Shown here in pieces: positions 16,948 through 25,369 of a stretch of DNA of 32,000 nt. The translations under genes and the position numbers were made by a program. The stretch's first letter is position 1. The number at the start of each line of letters is the position of its first letter. The notes below the pieces were generated by a model, which worked only from the letters and a program-made list of their open reading frames with translations, did no database searches and was not told where the DNA came from. Where the stretch lies: positions 690,001-722,000 of the forward strand of contig NC_000962.3 of assembly GCF_000195955.2 (NCBI RefSeq), given 5' to 3'. This stretch comes from Mycobacterium tuberculosis H37Rv. GTDB lineage: Bacteria; Actinomycetota; Actinomycetes; Mycobacteriales; Mycobacteriaceae.

Positions 16948-19515
16948 CTACAAGCCCAAAGCGGTGCGCAGCCGGTCGGCGTCCATCCCGCCACGGGCGC
17001 CCGCGCCGGCGGGAAACGTGTCCAGGAGCTTGATCAGGTCGGCGCGGCGGGTGGGGTCGTCGGCGGCCTGCCGCGGCGTGTGCCCGTCCAGCGCGGGGAT
17101 GGGTTGATCGAGCCAGCTGGTCTCGTAGTCGCGGATGAATTCCTCGAGCGCGGCGGCCAGCTCGGGGCTGTCGGGGTCGGGCGCGCCCGCGCCGGTAACT
17201 GGCATCTGCTCGGCCAGCGCGGCGGCCTCGCGGGTGTTGCGCAGCGGACGGCGGTCGTCGTCGAGCACCGTCATCGCCGGGTCGAGGCGGGTCAGCGTGG
17301 CCAGCACGCGATCCATCCGCGGTTCGCTGTTGGTTTCCACCCGCAGCGTGTCACCGTCGAGGACCAGCGTGGCCCGGACCCGCAGCATGCCGTCGTTGGT
17401 GACGTGTTCGATCCACCGCGGCGGCTCCTCGCCGTCAACCCGGTCGTAGACCCCGTCGAGCGCGCCCTGGATCCCGGCCGGATCGTCGACTCGCACGCTG
17501 GCCTCGCAGATTGCCAGCGAGTCGCCCTCGGTGTTGACCAGTGTCGGCGGCGCGAACCGGCGGCTCAGCTGGGCCACCAGTGTCACCGGGTCGGGCTCGT
17601 CATCGAGCAGCTCGATCAGCACGGCACGCTCGTGCAGCGCGACCGGCTCGATCCCGCCGAAGAACACCATGGTGTCCCCGGCGGGCACCGGGCGCGCGCA
17701 GATCAGCTGCCCGGCTCGCAGCTGGCGGCTGGCCGCCCGCTCATGCACCTCATGGGTGTCGCCGGTGCGTACGTCGCGCACGATCACGCCCTCGCCAGGT
17801 TGCACGTGCTCGACCTCGAACACCGACCGCTCCACGAGCAGCCATTGCTCGGCAAGCAGCCGCTCGTCGTCGGGTAGCAGCGAACCGCGCACTTCGAGGA
17901 ACTCCGCGAACGCGCCGCCCTCGAACAACACCGCGTCCAGCACCAGCGGATCGGCCAGCGCCGCGGCCAGCGCGTCCTCATCGTCAGAGTCGGCATACCG
18001 GAAGCGCTCATAGCTGACTTCGGCCAGCAGGCCGGTCCAGTCGCCCGACAGTGCGTGCTGGGATGCCTTGGCATACAGCCAGTCCACCCGCTCGGCCAGC
18101 GGCAGCGCCTCACGGCCGAGATGGCATTTCTTGTACTTGCGGCCCGACCCGCACCAGCACGCCTCGTTGCGGCCCAGGTCGCGGCGCGGCTGGGCTCGGT
18201 GCCGCTCCAGGAGCCGCACCAGCGGGTGGTCGGGTTCGGTGCCGGCGCGGCGCAGCAGTGCCAACCCGCGCTCGGCGTCGCCGCGATCGGAGGCGATGCG
18301 GGCCAGGTCGAGCAACGGCAGCGGCCACTCGGTGTCCATCGACTCGGCCGCCAGCAGCTCACGTTCGGCCGCCTCGACATCACCGATCCGGTCCAGCGCG
18401 ACCGCGCGCAGCCAGCGCACCGCCACCCGCGCCGCGCGCGGCACCTTGGGCTCCAGCATCTCGGTGAGCAGGCCCAGCGCGGCCGCCCCGCCGGAGTCGG
18501 TGCCCACCGTCTCTGCCACCAGCAGCTCGGCCAGCAGCGGGTCGGCCAGCGCCGCCCCAATGTCGCCGAGCAGATCGACCAACGAGTCGGAGCCGGTTTC
18601 CGTCGCGGTCTCGGCGGCTGTGGCGAGCACATCCCGCGGCAACTCGTCCGGGTCGGTTGCTTCGAGCAGCAGCGACATCGTCTCGTGCAGTTTGATCAGC
18701 GTGTACAGCGCGACCGCGTCGTTGGGGTCGAGGTCGTGGCGAAAGGCCAGCAGTTCGCATCGGTTCTCGAAACGCCAAGCGTCGAAATTGAATCCGCCAG
18801 GTGCTAGCCAGTCGTCTTCGTGCGTGAGGCCGTGCTGGTCGAGGATCTCGCGCAGCGGTGCCACTGGCTCGGTAAATGCCGCCGGGTCGTCGACGCACGC
18901 CGTCCAGACCGCCGCGGGGAAGAACGCGGGCTCGTCGGGGTCGACCAGCTCGGCCAGCCGGGCGCCGACGGAGGTGTCCGCACCGGCTGTGCCGATCCGC
19001 TCGAGCACCAGCCCTGCGGCGGTCAGCCGCACACCGACCAGATCCCCCGCGGCGGCCCCCAACGTCGCCAGCGTGCCCGGCTCCAGCAGCAGTGCCCCGC
19101 CGGGGTCGATGGCCTCGTCCGGGATGCCCCGTCGTTCGAGCAGCTCCTCGTCGTATCCGGCCAGCACGATCCGCGCCGCCGAACCGTCGGCCAGCCGGCC
19201 ATACTCCTCGTGCTCGCAGAGCGTGGTGATCGGGTCCAGGTCCGGGGTCACGCCGAGCATGTCGTGGACCGCCTCGTCCGCGCCGAGCCGATGGGTGAAT
19301 ACCCGCCCGGCTAGCAGCGTCGGCAGCCACACCCACCGATCGTCGACCAACTGCCTTGCCGGCCATTCCGTTTCAAGGCGAAGCGCGCGCAGGACGGCGT
19401 CCGGGTCGGCCACGCCGCTGTCCAGCAGGCGTCGTGCGATGTCGTCCTCGCTCAATGGGCCATGTTCGGCCAGGATTCTCGCCACGGCTTGGGTCGCATC
19501 GAACGCTTCGGCCAC
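16948..19515 (-). CDS. Large SEC-C motif protein (Rv0613c-like)
   Basis: 855 aa from GTG 19515 (VAEAFDATQAVARILAEHGPLSEDDIARRLLDSG); SEC-C zinc motif NEACWCGSGRKYKKCHLG. Confidence 0.85.
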   Translation of the reverse strand: MAEAFDATQAVARILAEHGPLSEDDIARRLLDSGVADPDAVLRALRLETEWPARQLVDDRWVWLPTLLAGRVFTHRLGADEAVHDMLGVTPDLDPITTLCEHEEYGRLADGSAARIVLAGYDEELLERRGIPDEAIDPGGALLLEPGTLATLGAAAGDLVGVRLTAAGLVLERIGTAGADTSVGARLAELVDPDEPAFFPAAVWTACVDDPAAFTEPVAPLREILDQHGLTHEDDWLAPGGFNFDAWRFENRCELLAFRHDLDPNDAVALYTLIKLHETMSLLLEATDPDELPRDVLATAAETATETGSDSLVDLLGDIGAALADPLLAELLVAETVGTDSGGAAALGLLTEMLEPKVPRAARVAVRWLRAVALDRIGDVEAAERELLAAESMDTEWPLPLLDLARIASDRGDAERGLALLRRAGTEPDHPLVRLLERHRAQPRRDLGRNEACWCGSGRKYKKCHLGREALPLAERVDWLYAKASQHALSGDWTGLLAEVSYERFRYADSDDEDALAAALADPLVLDAVLFEGGAFAEFLEVRGSLLPDDERLLAEQWLLVERSVFEVEHVQPGEGVIVRDVRTGDTHEVHERAASRQLRAGQLICARPVPAGDTMVFFGGIEPVALHERAVLIELLDDEPDPVTLVAQLSRRFAPPTLVNTEGDSLAICEASVRVDDPAGIQGALDGVYDRVDGEEPPRWIEHVTNDGMLRVRATLVLDGDTLRVETNSEPRMDRVLATLTRLDPAMTVLDDDRRPLRNTREAAALAEQMPVTGAGAPDPDSPELAAALEEFIRDYETSWLDQPIPALDGHTPRQAADDPTRRADLIKLLDTFPAGAGARGGMDADRLRTALGL

Positions 19516-19584
19516 GGTGGCCACCTTATGCCGCGGCCAGCCGAGGCTTGACGTCGGGCACCAGCCGATGGGGCTGGCCTCGCC

Positions 19585-19663
19585 TAGGGTTCGGCGTTGT
19601 GACGGCGCCGACGCGGTGGACCCTGGCCGACGGACGTGAGCTGCTGTTCTTTTCGCTGCCCGG
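19585..19663 (+). repeat. 79-bp copy of the galT 5' end (partner at 21624-21702)
   Basis: tagggtt.gcgttgtgacggcgccgacgcggtggaccctggccga.gg.cgtga.ctgctgttcttttcgctgcccgg; about 75 of 79 positions identical by eye, no indels. Confidence 0.9.
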
Positions 19664-20348
19664 GCCCCGCACCAGCGGCACCGCCGCAGAACGGGTGGCT
19701 CGCCACGCTCAAGCGCAAACGTTCGCCGGCGATATCCGCCAGCGCGCCATACAGCTGGTCGTGTCCGAACAAGAAGTGGCAAGCAAAATCACCGCCGCTA
19801 CCGCCGGAATCGCCACCACCACCTTCCCGGAAACACCCAGCATCGACGACACCATCATCGGCAACGACAACCGCGACACTGGGGTCCGGTTGGTCGACGT
19901 CAAACAAGATGGCGGCACTAGTCCCCCGCCCCCATTTGCGCCGTGGGACACCCCTGATGGAACACCGCCGCCGGGCACTGGCCTAAGCCCTACGCTGCAG
20001 CAGATGATCCTCGGCGGTGATCCAGCTAATCTGACCGGCCAGGGTCTTGCGGACAACGTGCAACGGTTCGTACAGTCGCTGCCCGCAAACGACCCCAACA
20101 CAGCGTGGTTGCGCGGTCAGGTTGCGGATCTGCAGGCGCACGTCGCCGATATTGAGTACGCCCGCACCCATTGCAGCACCAACGACTGGATCGACCGGAC
20201 CGCCCAGTTCGCCTCGGGCGCCATAGTCTTCAGCATCGGCGTGTTGACCGCAGAGACCGGGGCGGGGGTCGTGGCTGCCGCGGCCGGTGGTGTCGGCGCG
20301 GCCACGGCGGGCGTGAGTCTTCTACAATGCCTGGTGGGGAGCAAGTGA
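19599..20348 (+). CDS. Hypothetical protein (Rv0614-like), apparent chimera; 330-aa ORF opens at 19356
   Basis: In-frame GTG 19599 begins VTAPTRWTLADGRELLFFSLPG (galT-like), followed by RHAQAQTFAGDIRQRAIQLVVSEQEVASKITAATAG, the style of mycobacterial secreted/WXG-associated proteins, and hydrophobic C-terminus. Confidence 0.6.
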   Translation: MTAPTRWTLADGRELLFFSLPGPRTSGTAAERVARHAQAQTFAGDIRQRAIQLVVSEQEVASKITAATAGIATTTFPETPSIDDTIIGNDNRDTGVRLVDVKQDGGTSPPPPFAPWDTPDGTPPPGTGLSPTLQQMILGGDPANLTGQGLADNVQRFVQSLPANDPNTAWLRGQVADLQAHVADIEYARTHCSTNDWIDRTAQFASGAIVFSIGVLTAETGAGVVAAAAGGVGAATAGVSLLQCLVGSK

Positions 20349-20587
20349 TGGACGTATTGGCTGCTGGGATCGCGGCTGGCGCGCTCACGCTGGCGGCGTG
20401 GGGCGCCTGGCGCCCGCACTACCGGGCGGCGTCCTACCTCGTGGCCGGTGCCGTAGAGCTGGCACTGATCGGGCTGCTGGTGGTGACCGGGCAAACATTG
20501 ATGGCCATCTCGGTGGCCTTCCTTGTGGCGCTGGGCGGTCCGTTGGTGGTGGTCAACCACCGCAGAGCTGAACGCAGCCGAGGTTAG
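20348..20587 (+). CDS. Small membrane protein (Rv0615-like)
   Basis: 79 aa from ATG 20348: MDVLAAGIAAGALTLAAWGAWRPHYRAASYLVAGAVELALIGLLVVTGQTLMAISVAFLVALGGPLVVV; multiple hydrophobic segments; start adjoins previous stop. Confidence 0.7.
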   Translation: MDVLAAGIAAGALTLAAWGAWRPHYRAASYLVAGAVELALIGLLVVTGQTLMAISVAFLVALGGPLVVVNHRRAERSRG

Positions 20588-20781
20588 ATGAACGAAGAGG
20601 GCCTGTAGGTCGCACTCATCGCGCGGCTAGCCTGTGAGGCCAGCCCTCGGGCCGCCACCCAACACGGCTCGTGCGCTGTCTCGGCCGGCTCGTCTGCCGC
20701 ACGGCCAGCATGATCAGTCCCGTTGGAATACCGGTGAGCGTCGGCGCGCGCATCACGATGCAGCGATGTTAGGATGAGGCG

Positions 20782-21009
20782 GTGCGCACTACCATCGACC
20801 TGCCGCAAGACCTGCACAAGCAGGCACTGGCGATTGCCCGGGATACGCACCGCACGTTGAGTGAAACGGTCGCCGACCTCATGCGACGAGGCCTGGCCGC
20901 CAACCGCCCTACCGCGTTGTCCTCAGACCCCAGAACGGGATTGCCTTTGGTGAGCGTCGGGACCGTCGTGACCTCCGAGGACGTGCGTTCATTAGAGGAC
21001 GAGCAGTGA
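20782..21009 (+). CDS. vapB29: Ribbon-helix-helix antitoxin VapB29
   Basis: 75 aa MRTTIDLPQDLHKQALAIARDTHRTLSETVADLMRRGL, classic RHH. Confidence 0.9.
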   Translation: MRTTIDLPQDLHKQALAIARDTHRTLSETVADLMRRGLAANRPTALSSDPRTGLPLVSVGTVVTSEDVRSLEDEQ

Positions 21010-21407
21010 CGGTGCTGCTCGACGCCAACGTGCTGATCGCATTGGTGGTCGCCGAGCATGTGCATCATGATGCCGCAGCGGACTGGCTCATGGCGTCCGA
21101 CACCGGATTTGCGACCTGCCCGATGACACAAGGAAGCCTGGTTCGATTCCTGGTGCGCTCGGGACAGTCCGCGGCGGCGGCTCGGGATGTCGTCAGTGCG
21201 GTCCAGTGCACGAGCCGCCACGAATTCTGGCCCGATGCACTCTCTTTCGCCGGTGTCGAGGTCGCTGGTGTGGTTGGGCACCGGCAGGTGACCGATGCCT
21301 ACCTTGCCCAGCTCGCGCGAAGCCACGACGGGCAGTTGGCGACGCTCGACAGCGGCTTAGCACACCTGCACGGCGACGTCGCGGTACTCATTCCAACGAC
21401 CACCTGA
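21006..21407 (+). CDS. vapC29: PIN-domain toxin VapC29
   Basis: 133 aa MTVLLDANVLIALVVAEHVHHDAAADWL...VTDAYLAQLARSHDGQLATLDSGLAHLHGD. Confidence 0.92.
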   Translation: MTVLLDANVLIALVVAEHVHHDAAADWLMASDTGFATCPMTQGSLVRFLVRSGQSAAAARDVVSAVQCTSRHEFWPDALSFAGVEVAGVVGHRQVTDAYLAQLARSHDGQLATLDSGLAHLHGDVAVLIPTTT

Positions 21408-21501
21408 TGTGCATCGTCTCCCGGCGGCGCGGCGAGCCGCCCCAAAACCAACGATTGGGCCACGATGCGTAGGCATAGCTGAGGTGGCGTCGCGGCCCTC
21501 A

Positions 21502-21618
21502 CCGGCGACACCACAGAGGATCTCGGGCCGATCCGATGAGCGCCACGCCACCGCCCGGAGGACTCGACGCGTCGGTGTTCATCGCGAACGAACGCGGTCG
21601 GCAACTCGACGAGGCGCT
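21502..21618 (+). pseudogene. VapBC5-like relic (3' end of vapB plus 5' end of vapC)
   Basis: 117 bp aligned without indels to 28248-28364; keeps the vapB stop/vapC start overlap (gatccgATGAgc vs gatccgGTGAgc) and PIN start LDASVFIANERGRQLDEAL. Confidence 0.88.
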
Positions 21619-21637
21619 CCCAGTAGGGTTCTGCGTT

Positions 21638-22719
21638 GTGACGGCGCCGACGCGGTGGACCCTGGCCGATGGCCGTGACCTGCTGTTCTTTTCGCTGCCC
21701 GGACACGTCCCGGCGCCGGTGTCGGATCGTCGGCCGCTGCCCGAACGTGACCCGGCTCCCTCGCGGCTGCGGTTCGACCGGGCCACCGGCCAGTGGGTGA
21801 TCGTCGCCGCACAGCGCCAGGATCGCACCTACAAGCCGCCGGCCGCGCGCTGCCCGCTGTGTCCGGGGCCGACCGGTCTGAGTAGCGAGGTGCCCGCCCC
21901 CGACTACGACGTTGTCGTCTTCGAGAACCGGTTTCCCAGCCTGGCCGGGGCCGGCATCGCCCCAATCGGCGCGCCCGACGGTGACGGGTTCGTATCCGCT
22001 CCGGGGCACGGACGCTGCGAGGTGATCTGCTTTTCGGCCGATCACACCGGTTCGTTCGCGGGCCTGGACCCGGCGCATGCCCGGCTGGTCGTGCACGCGT
22101 GGCGGCACCGCACCGCCGAATTGACGGCGCTGCCCGGGGTAGCGCAGGTGTTCTGCTTCGAGAACCGTGGTGAGGAGATCGGGGTGACCCTGCCCACCCG
22201 CACGGCCAGATTTACGCCTATCCGTATCTGACGCCGCGCACCGCGGCGATGCTGCGCCAGGCTCGTCGGCACCGAAAGCGTCACGGTGACAACCTGTTTG
22301 CCAGCCTGCTGGCACGCGAGGTCGCCGACGGCAGCCGCATCGTGGTACGCGGCGAGCTGTTCACCGCATTCGTACCGTTCGCCGCACGCTGGCCGGTGGA
22401 GGTGCACATTTACCCAAACCGGTTGGTGCGCAACCTCACCGAGCTCAATGACGGGGAGTTGGATGAGTTCGCCCGGATCTATCTGGACGTGCTGCAGAGG
22501 TTTGATCGGATGTATTCTTCACCGCTGCCGTACATGTCGGCGCTGCACCAGTTCAGCGAGGTCCAGCGCGATGGCTACTTTCACGTCGAGCTCATGTCGA
22601 TCCGGCGCAGCGCCACCAAACTGAAATATCTGGCGGCCGCCGAGTCGGCGATGGACGCGTTCATCGCCGACGTTATCCCGGAGAGCGTGGCCACCCGGCT
22701 GCGCGAGCTGGGCCCATGA
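21638..22719 (+). pseudogene. galT: Galactose-1-phosphate uridylyltransferase, interrupted by a frameshift (galTa/galTb in H37Rv annotation)
   Basis: Frame 1 VTAPTRWTLADGRDLLFF...VFENRFPSL...CFENRGEEIGVTLP then shifts at 22193-22195; the second frame continues HPHGQIYAYPYLTPRTAAMLRQARRHRKRHGDNLF... Confidence 0.85.
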
Positions 22720-23807
22720 CGGTCAGCTACGGCGCACCCGGGCGGGTCAACCTGATCGGCGAACACACCGATTACAACCTGGGTTTCGCGCTGCCGATTG
22801 CGTTGCCGCGGCGCACCGTTGTCACGTTCACCCCCGAGCACACCGGCGCGATCACCGCGCGCAGCGACCGCGCCGACGGCTCGGCGCGGATCCCGCTCGA
22901 CACCACGCCGGGGCAGGTGACCGGCTGGGCAGCCTATGCGGCCGGGGCGATCTGGGCGCTGCGGGGCGCCGGCCACCCGGTGCCCGGCGGGGCGATGTCG
23001 ATCACCAGCGACGTCGAGATCGGGTCGGGGCTTTCGTCGTCGGCGGCGCTGATCGGCGCGGTGCTGGGCGCGGTCGGCGCCGCCACCGGCACCCGCATCG
23101 ACCGTCTCGAGCGGGCCCGGCTCGCACAGCGAGCCGAGAACGACTACGTCGGTGCCCCAACGGGTTTGCTCGACCACCTGGCCGCGCTGTTCGGAGCGCC
23201 GAAGACCGCGCTGCTGATCGACTTTCGCGACATCACCGTGCGCCCGGTGGCCTTCGACCCGGACGCCTGCGATGTGGTGCTGCTGTTGATGGATTCTCGA
23301 GCCCGACACTGTCACGCCGGCGGGGAGTATGCGCTGCGCCGGGCGTCGTGTGAACGGGCGGCCGCCGATCTGGGGGTGTCCTCGTTGCGCGCTGTGCAGG
23401 ATCGCGGGCTGGCGGCGCTGGGCGCGATCGCCGATCCGATCGACGCGCGCCGCGCCCGGCACGTGCTGACCGAGAATCAGCGGGTGCTGGATTTCGCGGC
23501 CGCACTGGCTGATTCGGATTTCACCGCCGCCGGGCAGCTGCTGACCGCGTCGCATGAGTCCATGCGCGAGGACTTCGCCATCACCACCGAGCGGATCGAT
23601 CTGATCGCCGAGAGCGCCGTACGGGCCGGTGCGCTGGGCGCCCGGATGACCGGGGGCGGCTTCGGGGGCGCCGTGATCGCACTGGTGCCTGCCGATAGGG
23701 CGCGCGACGTGGCCGACACGGTGCGACGGGCGGCGGTCACCGCCGGCTACGACGAGCCGGCGGTGAGCCGGACCTATGCCGCGCCCGGCGCGGCCGAGTG
23801 CCGTTGA
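22716..23807 (+). CDS. galK: Galactokinase
   Basis: 363 aa; [32 protein letters not shown] (GHMP motif), [14 protein letters not shown]. Confidence 0.97.
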
Positions 23808-23928
23808 GCGGGTTGGCGAAGCGTCATGTCCACAGTGAGCAGATCGGTGCGGGTCCGCCACTGCCCTTGACCTCGAAGCCGAACACCGGCTACGAGACCG
23901 CTGCCGCGGTGGATCTGGTGTCTGGGGC

Positions 23929-24051
23929 TTAGCCCGCTTCGCTGATACCCAGAACCAGTGCGAGCGCGTGGTCGGTCTGGCGCATCCTGCCAGGTGCCAG
24001 GGCTCCCAATCGTTCGAGCAGGCGGGTGACGAGGATCGCCGACTGGTCCTG
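23929..24051 (-). pseudogene. Possible MazF/PemK C-terminal relic
   Basis: DQSAILVTRLLERLGALAPGRMRQTDHALALVLGISEAG resembles MazF C-termini (RLLRRxGxLSxxxMxxVDxALxLVLGL). Confidence 0.35.
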
Positions 24052-24201
24052 CGCGCGAGTATTGGTTGTCGCCGCGGTATCCCGGGGCCATGAAGACGCA
24101 GCCTTCGATCTTGGCTTCGCTCGACTCCCGATGCCGCCCCAACTCGATCGCTCTTGGGTTTGTCCGACCGCGGGCGTAGCCTTTGCCTCGAGGTGCAGCC
24201 G

Positions 24202-25266
24202 ATGGCAGGCGATCGAGGCGCTGACCCCGGTCCGGCGAATGTGACTCCGGGTGCGGATGACCATGCACAGCATGCGTCGCCGACGGTGCTATGTCCCCAG
24301 GGTCACGTGAACGCATGGGACTACAGGTTCTGTGAGCGGTGCGGCTCGCCGATCGGCGTGGTGCCCTGGCCGTCGGAGGAATCAGGCACACGCCAGACGG
24401 CGCCCGCGCGATCCTTCGTCCCCCTCGTCGTCCTCGCGGCGACGCTGCTCGTGGTCGCCGTCGTCGTGACGGCCGTCGGCTACGCGGTGACGCGACCGGC
24501 TCGCAACGACCGTGAGGAGCCCAGTTCCGCGCGGGGCGCCGCCACGACGGGTGTGCCGTTCGCACAGGCCGAGGCCGCGAGTTGCCCGGACGATCCGGTG
24601 CTTGAAGCGGAGTCGATCGACCTGACGTCCGACGGGCTTGCGGTGAGTGCCGCGTTCATGTCGGCATGCGCCGGCGGCGATGTCGAGTCGAACTCGGCGC
24701 TCGAGGTCACCGTCGCCGACGGACGGCGCGACGTGGCGGCCGGAAGCTTCGACTTCTCGGCAGATCCGCTGAGGATCGAGCCCGGCGTGCCCGCCCGTCG
24801 AACCCTGGTCTTTCCGCCCGGAATGTATTGGCGAACGCCCGACATGTTGTCCGGCGCACCGGCATTGGCGGCCACACGGAAGGGCAGGTCCGATCGTTCG
24901 GCCGCACGAGGCGGATCGGCACGGACGACCATGGTCGCGGCCGCGTCCGCGGCACCGGCTTACGGCAGCATCAACGCCGTTGCCGGGGCGGTGCTGGTGG
25001 AGCTACGTGACTCGGACTTCCCCTACGTGCGAGTCGGTATCGCCAATCGCTGGGTGCCGCAGGTGAGTTCGAAGCGCGTCGGCCTGGTCGCCGCGGGGAA
25101 AACGTGGACGAGCGCCGATATTCTTCGCGATCACCTGGCCCTGCGGCAGCGGTTCGGGGGCGCCCGCCTGGTGTGGTCGGGGCACTGGACCACCTTCAGC
25201 GGACCCGATTTCTGGGTGACGGTGGTTGGGCCGGCGCAGCCCACCGCAGCTGAGGCCAATCGCTGA
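24202..25266 (+). CDS. Zinc-ribbon single-TM membrane protein (Rv0621-like)
   Basis: N-terminal CPQGHVNAWDYRFCERCGSPIG zinc ribbon, TM FVPLVVLAATLLVVAVVVTAVGYAVT; precise start uncertain (ORF opens at 24154). Confidence 0.75.
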   Translation: MAGDRGADPGPANVTPGADDHAQHASPTVLCPQGHVNAWDYRFCERCGSPIGVVPWPSEESGTRQTAPARSFVPLVVLAATLLVVAVVVTAVGYAVTRPARNDREEPSSARGAATTGVPFAQAEAASCPDDPVLEAESIDLTSDGLAVSAAFMSACAGGDVESNSALEVTVADGRRDVAAGSFDFSADPLRIEPGVPARRTLVFPPGMYWRTPDMLSGAPALAATRKGRSDRSAARGGSARTTMVAAASAAPAYGSINAVAGAVLVELRDSDFPYVRVGIANRWVPQVSSKRVGLVAAGKTWTSADILRDHLALRQRFGGARLVWSGHWTTFSGPDFWVTVVGPAQPTAAEANR

Positions 25267-25369
25267 TGCGACTCGAACGGGTTCGGCGCCGATGACTGTT
25301 TCGCGAAGTTCATCAGCACCCTCGTTGGCGCGAAGGGCACGACGGTGTACCGGAAGTGACGACGCTGCC

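Noticed and set aside
18068-19639. 523-aa plus-strand Ser-rich ORF
   Set aside because: Antisense of the SEC-C protein gene; Ser/Ala-rich composition is typical of shadow frames.
20584-20850. 88-aa minus-strand ORF (Rv0616c region)
   Set aside because: Overlaps the vapB29 promoter and 5' end, and has no recognisable domain; insufficient support to call.
22581-23861. 426-aa minus-strand ORF
   Set aside because: Antisense of galK; a long open frame expected from high-GC codon bias, low-quality protein composition.
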